From the NCBI GenBank assembly GCA_002269645.1, contig NIVC01000173.1:1-64000 (forward strand): a stretch of 64,000 nt of DNA, in the 5' to 3' direction. The translations under genes and the position numbers were made by a program. The notes below the pieces were generated by a model. It ran no database searches and was not told where the DNA came from. It saw nothing but the letters and a program-made list of their open reading frames with translations. Each line of letters begins with the position of its first letter. Position 1 is the first letter of the stretch. Source of the DNA: Macrostomum lignano. Taxonomy: Eukaryota. Below, one piece after another: positions 12,977-23,388 of this stretch.

Positions 12977-13467
12977 TTATTGATTAGCCAACGGAGGCGG
13001 CCGCTCCGGCACCAGCGAAGTGATGAAGGCCACAAGCGTCGTTAGTAGAGCGTCCAAAAAGGCAGCCAAAGTTTCTGTTAGAGTGGCGGCGCGCTGCGGT
13101 GGCGCCGGGCCCGGCGCCTCTTGCGAAGCGCCAGATTCCGATGGCGCACCGGCAGCGTCGGGCTCGGTGACCTCAGCTGGAGCGGCTGCTGGAGGCGCTG
13201 CCGCTTCAGCAGCGGCTGGATTTCTCACAAACAGCCGGTGCAAAAACCCAGCCTGAATAACTTGCATAACAAAGAATATAGCGAAAGCGCTGATTGCTTT
13301 GCCAGCCGAACTATAATAGAAAATGATTAACGACATCAAGGCGCAACGGACGGCAATGTGAAACCATTCGCGTATACCGCCAGCACCGCCGTTCACTCGG
13401 GCTTCGGCTGCGTCTAGGGCAGCGGCGCCTCCATCCAGTTCGGCTGCAGGATCTGGGGCTATCGGGA

Positions 13468-13501
<34 letters not shown>

Positions 13502-13927
13502 TTGCGGCTGGAACCTCTGGCGCACGCAGTCGCGATAATGAGTCAGCACATATTGCGAGTACTCATGCCACAGTGCTGACAGCTCGTCATTGTTGTCATG
13601 ATTACTACTATGAGCAATCAATGATGCCGAGGCACCCATGGACATGGCTGGAGCGCTGATACTTCTAGCTGGCGATGAGCAAGCGCCGCCTGGCAACACC
13701 AGGTGTACAACTCGAGCTGGCGCCTGGCTTTGGCCCAATGCCTGGCCAAGCGGCTCCTCGTTGTCTAGCAACCGGCCAGCATATACAATTCGTTGAGTGT
13801 CGGCCGCTGGCCTGCCCGGATACACCTGGCTAAGGTGCTGCTTCAATTCGGACACTCGCCAGTTGGCTTGGCAACTAATGCTGACATCTCTCTCGCGACC
13901 AGATGGGCAGCGGATTGTGATCTCCAT
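12977..13927 (-). CDS. HERPUD: Homocysteine-responsive ER-resident ubiquitin-like domain protein (Herp), single coding exon, 316 aa
   Basis: N-terminal UBL (ITIRCPSGRERDVSISCQANWRVSELKQHLSQVYPGRPAADTQRIVYAGRLL), Herp membrane segment (EWFHIAVRCALMSLIIFYYSS) and the family-typical C-terminus FITSLVPERPPPLAN. Confidence 0.92.
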
Positions 13928-14356
13928 GGCAACTAGATGTGCAATGCTGAAATTTTTACAAAATTATCTTATTTTTTATACAAAATAGATAATAAGCTTC
14001 ATAATTTTTCCATGATACTTTTAAGCTAGGCATATTAGAATAATATAAATATTCCAAAGTCTCTGCTATCTCATTATTTGGTTCTAATTATTTAGGTGAA
14101 CCTATTTATTAGCTTAGGTAATTAGGTCAGGTTGGATTACTGTCTGTTTAAATCAAGTGACTCTTAAACTACAAGTGAAAAAGAAGGTGAGAGGTTGAAT
14201 AAGTGGCAAGGAAGGCTAGCTTCTGGCTTGGTTTTAATATTGGTTTATTTAGAATTTTTAGTCTTTTGCATTAGAGAATGATTCAGATAGTACATGACTA
14301 CTTTTCATTGGCTGAGATTGAGTTGTGTCCTTGGGCTTAGCAACTAATTTTTGTTT

Positions 14357-14375
14357 GTTGGAGTGCATTGATTGG
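14357..14375 (-). promoter_or_regulatory. ERSE-like element CCAAT-N9-CCAAC upstream of HERPUD
   Basis: The minus strand reads CCAAT CAATGCACT CCAAC with exact 9-nt spacing. It is the first unit of a ~43-bp, ~4-copy repeat (about 14355-14515). Confidence 0.35.
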
Positions 14376-16827
14376 TTGGAAATATATTCAAATTTGCTTG
14401 TTAAAGTGCATTGATTGGTTAGAAATACATTAAAATTTGCTTATTGGAGTGCAATAATTGATTAGAAAAGGATTAAAATTTGCTTGTTAAAGTGCATTAA
14501 TTAGTTAGAAATATATTCTTTTAGGGCCAAAATGTATGACTTTAATTATACAATATATAAAACAGTTTGGGTATAGATAAGCAAAGTAAGATCTAAAATT
14601 ATATTCTAATAGGTATCAAAAAGTAGAGACAAACAAAAGAAAACAAGTAACAAGATGGCCACATACCAAGATAGCCACAGCTCTAAATGTTTAAATAGAT
14701 AATAATAAGACTAGGTACATATATTTAACTCCTTTCCTTTTTTAGTAATTAGGAAAATAGACGTTATAATAGAATTGTATTATAATCATTCCATTTGGAC
14801 TTTAGCCTAGCTTTTATTGTAGCCTGACCTATAGGGGCCTACCTATTTATCCACTACATGAAGCAAGTAACCTAACACAAAATAAATACCCTATGACATT
14901 CCCATATTTATCCTAATTATTTGCATAGCTAGCATTATCATTCGCAATAGTTTCTTAATAAACTGATCGTGATAGATTTGATAGATGTGATGATAGAGAA
15001 TAAATTGGCAAAAACACTAAAAAATATTAAAGGTTTTTTATTATAAGCAGGCCTAATTAGTTTCAAATCTATTATTGTATTAGTATTTATGAATATAATT
15101 GATTAAACAAAAATAATTTAATATATTATATTGCTAATTTATGATAGATAGAAAGAGAATAGATATAATAAATACTCAATGTTGTGGCCATCTTGGTGTA
15201 TGGCCATCTTGGTCTTACACCCTTATCAAATACCTTGATTTACAAACTTAAAAGCCAACTATTTTTATATTTTGATTAATATTAATAAATATATTTAGAA
15301 TTAAGTTTTTTATTTTTTTTATATACTTTTTTATATTTATTATTACTTTTTTAGTTTTATATTACTATAAATATTGCCAATATTATTGATACAGGAAGTT
15401 AAACAGGTTGAACTGAAATAAATTAATGAATACCTTAATAAATAGTTTATAGTTATCTTATTATAATCAGAGACTATTTCATATTTAGCCCTGTAACTGT
15501 ATCTTTTATTTTCATAATGAGTTTAAACTAACTAAAGCTGCTAAATTCAGTTTAGGTGTGAATATAGCTTAGCATTTTTATTAGCTTGTACTATATCTAT
15601 AAATAATGGAAAGTACAAAGGAAGCCAAAGGTGTTTCAAAACTAAAAAAATGATGAATGATATCATACCCCACTTATTTGCCTTCAAAAGGATGGATTTG
15701 TGGTTAAATGTAACTGGACCATAGCTACAAGTACTATACTATACATTATATAAACTTAGTATTTATTTTAGTTGTGTAAATAATGTGTAAATAGGCCCCT
15801 AGGCCTATACTATGTAAATAATGACAGTACCCATTAAATGGGTGCCCATTTTTTAGCCATTTAATTAGGGAAATTACTTTTTAAACCTTAAGTCTGGGGT
15901 TCTAAAAAATCTACTAAAAGTCTAGGTCTAGCTAGTCAAAGTCTAAAGCTTTTGAAATAATTATTGTTTATTTAGAAAAGTGAAAACCTATATTTTTTAA
16001 ATCTATTCACAAAAGATATTTTCACAAAAATATATCATCGCAGTCAATGTATGTTTTGAAAAGCTACTAGCAAAGCAAAGCAAACCGACCGATATTACGC
16101 ACCGCGTGCGTAAAGATCGGTGATATGATAATAATGTATCTACGAAACTTGAATCAATCGATCATGATTAAATGATGACAATTATGAAAATCAAATTTGT
16201 TTGTAACACTTAATTCTACGTCACAGTAAAAAAGCTCCAATTTATTTACTTCTTGTGCACTAAAGCTTTGCTTTTGAAATTCAAAATCAGTTGAAAGTAC
16301 AAAGCAAAAGCTTAAAAAAGAAATTACTGCACTTTTTGTTGAAACTATAAAATATTTAGGTAAGTAATTCCGGCAGAGTATTTTTTGAAAACTCTCTAAC
16401 ATTACTTACTTACTTTTCTAAAATTCCGTTCTGAGTGAATTCTTTTTTACTTTGTGTTAGGAGCAGCAAAAAATCTAAGTACTGTTAAAGCCAGGTTTAT
16501 GTGAATAAATATTACAATTATCAGCCAGTCATCCCACCTAATAAACTTTAGTACTTAATATTAATATTATTGCTACTAATGTTAAATATTTCTTTAGTAA
16601 AAAAAATACAAGTTTTTGTTTTTCCTGGGAAATTGAGCCAATTATAAAATATAAAATTGTTAAAAAAAGTGCAGTAATTTGAAATTAGTATATTCTAACA
16701 CGCGCGCAATTTAGCAACTAGATTTTTTAGACTTACGCCGGACTTAAAACGCATATTTCTTACACGGTCATCATTATTTAAGAAGTCTGTGGTGGCATCT
16801 TCTTTATCTGATTTTACCTCACCTAAA

Positions 16828-16841
16828 ATGGAAAAAGAAAA
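16828..16841 (+). CDS. Candidate first coding micro-exon of the centrosomin-like gene
   Basis: AAAATG GAA AAA GAA AA|GTAAGT is phase 2 and joins the TTTCAG acceptor at 23361, giving MEKENFNPLVYDSRMSDA in frame. Confidence 0.5.
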
Positions 16842-17879
16842 GTAAGTCTTCTACAAAAATCCTTTATTTAATTTGACATTTACTTTTGGCCTATTAATAT
16901 TGTCTGCTATACATTAATTAGGCCTATAATTACAACTAGGGGCCTAACTTTTATTAATTTATTAATAAAACCTAAAAGCCAATAATGACAATAAGTTTGC
17001 TATTTAATAATAAATAAATATAAAAATAAGTCTAAATTATATATTTTGCTAGCCCAAACCCTAAACTCTTGTCCAGACTCCAATCCAATCCAATATAAGT
17101 TAGACCTAATATGACCTTTATGCCCTATGTTATGGCCCTATGCCTATGGGCTTATAAACAGATATCAATCGCATCTAGTAGGCTAAGCTAGGCCTAGGCC
17201 TATATATTTTATTTTATTTTATACTCTATTGATTATAATTGATCACTATTGTTTTGGTCACAACTGACAAGATATTTTGGTCACAGTTTTTTTGGTGACA
17301 AGAAAAAGACCTTTCTAGTGATAGCCATTGTGGTTAAAGTAGAAAATTATCTTGCTAATCATAACTGATACAAAACCCAAATTTTTTGTTTCTGAAATTA
17401 CAAAGTATTTTTTATTCATTTTTGTTCATTCACTATTATAGAGTAATAATGTTTTGAATTTGTATGGCAAAATCCAAAAACGTCGGATAAAACAGTAAAA
17501 AAATCTGCGGACATTCGATGGAAAGTAATGTATCTAAAAAAGGTTTTTGAAAGATAGATAGGTCTTTAGAAAATAGTTCTGGATAAAAACTATTGTTTTC
17601 ATGTTTTATATTGTTGAATAAATAAGAAAAAACCACAAAAAAGCATTTTGAAAGTCCAAGTTGACCGATTTGCAGTTTTTTGTTTCACTTTTTTTCATTA
17701 TTAAACAATTAATTTTAAGACTTGTAGGCCTTAGAGAAGGCTAATTTTTTTACTACTTACAAAACAGAAAGTAATCTGTGTTTTACTTTTTATTGAATTC
17801 AAAAAGATGAAGTATTTCTAAGGATTTCAAAGTTTTTTTAAAACCATATAAACTCGCGAAAATTCATACTAATATAAAG

Positions 17880-18139
17880 CCCTATTGCAGCCAATGGCCA
17901 TTTTCGTGGACGGCGTCCGGCGCGGATTGGACTGGTGGCGGCGCGGCGCGCGGCGGCGGCGCGGCGCGTGGCGGCGGCGCGCGGTGGCGTGGTGTGTGGC
18001 GGCGGCGCGCAGCGAGCCATTGACTGACTAATTGAACCAAATCACTGATCCTGGGGACTGGCCCTGGCGCAGTACGGGTAGATGTCTGGCGCGGGAAAGG
18101 GGGGCGTCCGGCGCGGTTCAGACCTTGGTTGCAATAGGG
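17880..18139. mobile_element. 260-bp MITE, TIR CCCTATTGCA(G/A)CCAA, 8-bp TSD ATATAAAG
   Basis: TSD at 17872-17879 and 18140-18147. Inverted termini with a GC-rich interior. Confidence 0.85.
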
Positions 18140-18325
18140 ATATAAAGTGCAAAGTTTGCCAGCAAACATCTTTCTCTAAAAGTAAATATATCGCTAATTC
18201 CTTGTTGCAAAATAATCTTTAAGTTGTTTTCTTTCATTTAAATATCAACTTGCATAGTATTAGTATTTGTAATATGCCTATATTTAGACTTAAAAATTTT
18301 GGGTAAAAAAATGGTACCACAAAAT

Positions 18326-19212
18326 GTGAACCCGGCATCCAAATCAGATGCTTACTGTATGCTCATTAAGCGACAAAGAACAATGAAATTACACTAAAAC
18401 ATGTATCATCGCGGCGTGTATGCAGGAAAAAAAGAATTTTCCAAATTGCTTAAGTAGAAGCTGAGTAAAATGCAATTTTCCAATCCTTATGGGAATTCCA
18501 ATGTGTTACCCGGCTTCCAAATCAGATGCTTACTGTATGCTCATTAAGCGACGAAGAACAATGAAATTACACTGAAACATGTATTATTGCGGTGTATATG
18601 CAGGAAAAAAAGAATTTTCCAAATTGCTTTAGTAGAAGCTGAATAAAATGCAATTTTCCAATCCTTATGGGAATTCCAATGTGTTACCCGGCTTCCAAAT
18701 CAGATGCTTACTGTATGCTCATTAAGCGACAAAGAACAATGAAATTACACTAAAACATGTATCATCGCAGCGTGTATGCAGGAAAAAAAGAATTTTCCAA
18801 ATTGCTTTAGTAGAAGCTGAGTAAAATGCAATTTTCCAATCCTTATGGGAATTCCAATGTGTTACCCGGTTTCCAAATCAGATGCTTACTGTATGCTCAT
18901 TAAGCAACGAAGAACAATGAAATTACACTAAAACATGTATCATCGCGGCGTGTATGCAGGAAAAAAAGAATTTTCCAAATTGCTTTAGTAGAAGCTGAGT
19001 AAAATGCAATTTTCCAATCCTTATGGGAATTCCAATGTGTTACCCGGTTTCCAAATCAGATGCTTACTGTATGCTCATTAAGCAACGAAGAACAATGAAA
19101 TTACACTAAAACATGTATCATCGCGGCGTGTATGCAGGAAAAAAAGAATTTTCCAAATCGATTTAGTAGAAGCTAAGTAAAATGCAATTTTCCGATCCTT
19201 ATGGGAATTTGT
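18326..19212. repeat. 178-bp satellite, 5 copies
   Basis: CCAAATCAGATGCTTACTG recurs at 18339, 18517, 18695, 18873 and 19051. Confidence 0.95.
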
Positions 19213-20902
19213 ATGTTTAAATAATAAACTTACGTTGAATACAATTTATTGCAAACAAACTCTACAAAATACACGTTGTCAAGAGTAACGAAAGTGGTAA
19301 ACAAATAAACCCTTGAAAATAATGTTAAATATGTTGTAGAATTATAGAGTGTAACATTAAAAGATAGTTAAAGTTAATAAAATACATTATTATAGCTTTT
19401 CTATCATTTTCATTAGACTCATTTTAGGTCGTAATTAAACTTACCATTTTAACAAATCATTTTATTAAAAATAAAGCTATACAAAAATAATTTGTGCTTT
19501 AATAGACTTTTTTACCTTTTAAAAACTTGAGTAAATTTATTTTATAGCTTTATTGCTTTCAAATTGCCAAAAAACAAATTTTCATAAAACTTGCCCCCGA
19601 TTTTTGGATTTCACCGTATATTTTCTAAATCCAAGGTGTGTATATTTCTGTTAGTTATGTCTCTGCTTTTCTCATAGTCAGCATTTTGTAATGAAGATCC
19701 TTGAATATATTTATGGTCTATATGAGGTTAAGGCAGAGAAAATTTTCTTGGAACACATGGGATTTGCTGACACCAATAAGATGGGCAGATTCTGCATTTG
19801 AATTGCCACTAGCATTGAGTTTGCACAAATAAAATCCGGAAAATTGTGCAGACAAATCACTATGAAATTCTTTTCTCCTGTTTTACTCCAACTGCCGGGG
19901 TCCTCAATTCCAGGGGGGGGGGGGTAGTCATAATCAATTGTAGCAAAGCAGTCATTAAAGCGGCATGGTCGTTCAGATGGTAGACACCAGAGATTCTGAC
20001 ACCGTAACTTAATGTGTCATTCTGTTGAGCTGATTACTAACAGCTGCTACCACCATAATTTATGTATTATGGAACGTTGAAGTCTTGGGCTTTCTTGGAG
20101 TTCAGAACTTTGGGTTGTTTTATGCCCTATAGGCAAATAACTCTATATAAAGTATAGACTTAATAAACAAACAATTACTTATTAATATTGCTGTTTTTTA
20201 TTATTGTAATTGTAATTGCAATTAATTTTAATACAAGATAATAGCTAATGTGAAAGAACTAATGAGACGGTCTATCGACTGATGAGTCTGACGTATCGGG
20301 TGCTGAGTAAAATATTAATAAAGTTTAACGCAAAGAGCTAAACAGCAAATGGAGAGAAAAGTAATAAAGGAAAGGCAAAAAAAGCATGGAAAACAAGCAC
20401 CAGACAACACGGTATAAATAATAAGATTTTCTCGCCAAAGGGCAAGGCATCCATGGATTTAGTGGATGGAAAATGTTAGCCACCACCAAAATCCTTCGCT
20501 GTAATGCAAAACCTATTGAAAAAGATTATTAAGGAGAATTACATTGTTTAGGGTAGTAATTAAGGCATAGTGTGGAGAGGCAAAATACATTTGATAGGAC
20601 AGAGCCCGCCCGGGTCAACCAGTGGCATAACGTCAGGAGCTTGCAGTGGCAAATTTACATAAAATTACTTGAAATTAAAGCATACTAATATTATTAATAT
20701 CAAGTAGTGATGTTTCAAATTTCGACACCATTCATCAAAAATCATTTCAAAATTTTGGTTATATTTTAACAATTTACACATTGATGATCATGCTACACGA
20801 GAAAAAAAATCTATAGGAAGTGAAAGGAAGTGCGGTTCAAAGACTCAGTGGGGAGGTGAGAATTGCCTTTTCTACAAGAAAGATATAGATATAGATAGCC
20901 TA

Positions 20903-21199
20903 CCTGATTGCAGCGCATGGGCATTTTGGCGGACGGTGTCCGGCGCGGATCAGCCTGCGCGGCGCAGCATTGGTGGTGGACCAGGGGTAAGTCGCAAAAA
21001 TGCCACCCCATAGAATATGGGCGTAGTACTAATTAGATGCCGAGGCATTTAGGCTTGATAAGACAGTCATAGTTACTCCTGCCGTTTACCCAAAACTGCA
21101 TTAATTTTGCTTTAGGTTTCTTTCACAGGTAAGTCATTTCACAGCGTGGCGCAGGTTGTGTAGGCGTCTGGCGTACTTAAGCCATGCGCTGCAATAGGG
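20903..21199. mobile_element. 297-bp MITE of the same TIR family (CC(C/T)(T/G)ATTGCAGCGCATGG), 8-bp TSD ATAGCCTA
   Basis: TSD at 20895-20902 and 21200-21207. 18-bp TIRs with 2 mismatches. The first ~50 bp resemble the 17880 element. Confidence 0.85.
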
Positions 21200-23388
21200 A
21201 TAGCCTAAATATAGACATACTACATATACTAATACTATACAAGTTGATATTTAAATGAAAGAAAACAACTTAAAGATTATTTTGCAACAAGGAATTAGCA
21301 GTATATTTACTTTTAGAGAAAGATGTTTGCTGGAAAACTTTGCACTTTAATAAGTATGAGTCTTCTGTAAACTTTCATTATAGATCTAGAATTTCCACCC
21401 GGATCTAATTGCATTACTAGAATAGGAAAAAATTCTGAGTGAACACAAAAAATTCTGGGCAAAATTCCAGGTGAAAAGTTCAACTAATCTAAATCTAAAA
21501 TCTAAAAGTTTCTTTTAGATAAAATTTTTTCTAGTATAGGTTAAGATATGCAATGATCTTGACCATAGATTATTATTTATAATTGTCTAAGTATACTAAT
21601 TGATATAGCCTAAGATTATTATAGAGCTACACTTTAAATCTATTTCATGATATGCTAGAAAAAGTAATTTCCTATGCTATAAATTCAAGTTTATGCTAAA
21701 AAAATTAACTTATGATATGTATATATAAATAGCAGATATCAAAAAGGCATTGCAACACTAAAGGACCTTTTTGTATTGTAACAATAAAGGGCCTTTTTTG
21801 CATTGTGGCAATATAGGACCCTTTCTTGCATGATTACATTTTATTCTTTTGTATGCCAATAGCTACACCATATGTTAGCTTTGTAGCATACTTTTCTGGC
21901 AGATTTTCTGTGTGCTAAATACTTTGTGCCAACCATTTTTTATATCTGTTATATTTTAGAATTTTTTAGCATATATGTAAGCCCTATTGGAATAGAATCA
22001 CCTAAACCTGCGGATGCTTCACAGGGGTACTTCAAAGGGCCTTATCACAGCCCTATTGGAATAAGTGGCTTGGACATTCCTGTGCAAAAGACTAAAAACA
22101 GTTAATTTACTTATGTGTATATGCAACTAGGTAAATGGCAAGAGTAACTATGACTATCTTATTAAGACTAAATGCCTCATTATTTAATTAGTACTACATC
22201 TATATTCTTTTTAAATGGGCATTTTTGTGACTCATCCTTGGTCCAATACAATTTACCTGGATCTGTTAGGTTGGCCAGCAGTTGAACATGTATGATTTCT
22301 AGAAATCATTGATGCAGTTTAACAATTTTTCTGCAAATAATTATTGTACTGTATTTACATTTGTAAGTAATGATAAATTTTGGTCATTAAGTATTTATTG
22401 TATGAGATGAAAGTAATTGATAAACAATAAAACTATTTGGCTAAGAATGTTGAATGTTAGGACTTTGAATTACACTTTTCTAGTTTTCTACATTTGCTTT
22501 TTCATTTTGTAAGTGGAGCATAGGCCATGCATGCCAGATGGGTGTCTGCAAAATGAAGACTTATTCTAATAGGGTATGTAAAATTTGGGAGTGGGTTATA
22601 TAGGATAATAAATCCCTAAATTTTTGGCTTAAGAAGTTAAAAAAATAAAGATCTTACCTCTCTTTATTGATCATTAAGCAAGGCATATATTAGATTTGAA
22701 TTGTATCTTTATAAATGGAGCCTTTAGATAACAGTGCTATCTATTCTAAAGTGAATATAGAATAGATGAGTTATTCTATATTCAACTTTATTCTACAATA
22801 ATTGATATAAGTAGATTATATTAAAATGATTATAGAACAAAACTGAAAAAGATATCTGTTTCACTTTTTGTTTATCTTTATAGGAGATTAGAATTAGAAT
22901 TGAACATATCAATATTATAATCTTATGCTTATGTTCATATTTGTTTTTAGCATGCTTTTATGCAAAATACACCTTCTCCCATTTAACTTTTGTCTTACAA
23001 TTGTGATTGACTAATTGACATTTAATAGTTTGAAAACTTAGTGATAGATAAAAATGATTTTTTTTCTAATGTCTAATGTTATTTTTTGTATTGAAATCAA
23101 ATAAATGTTTAAGCAAATAAACTTCATGCCTATTTATCAATGCTATTACTTTCTGATTTAAGTGCTTATAGTAGCTATTTTAATTTAGTCTAGGCTTTTG
23201 GAGCCAGGTATAAGTTTTGTCATGACATATGTTTTCTGTCAAAATCCCTAAATTCAGATTTTAGATCTAAATTTAAAAGTAAAGACATTAGAGTATTTGA
23301 CAAATTGTTATTATAGTTAGTTTTCTAAATGATGAAAAATGAATATTTTTTAAATTTCAGTTTCAATCCTTTGGTTTATGATTCAAGA

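Noticed and set aside
13915-13935. RFX X-box-like CTCCATGGCAAC
   Set aside because: It overlaps the HERPUD start codon and Kozak context, and similar strings occur inside Delta coding sequence, so it is probably coincidental.
20270-20320. Hammerhead ribozyme core (CTGATGAG)
   Set aside because: No GAAA follows the putative stem II, and no closing stems are evident.
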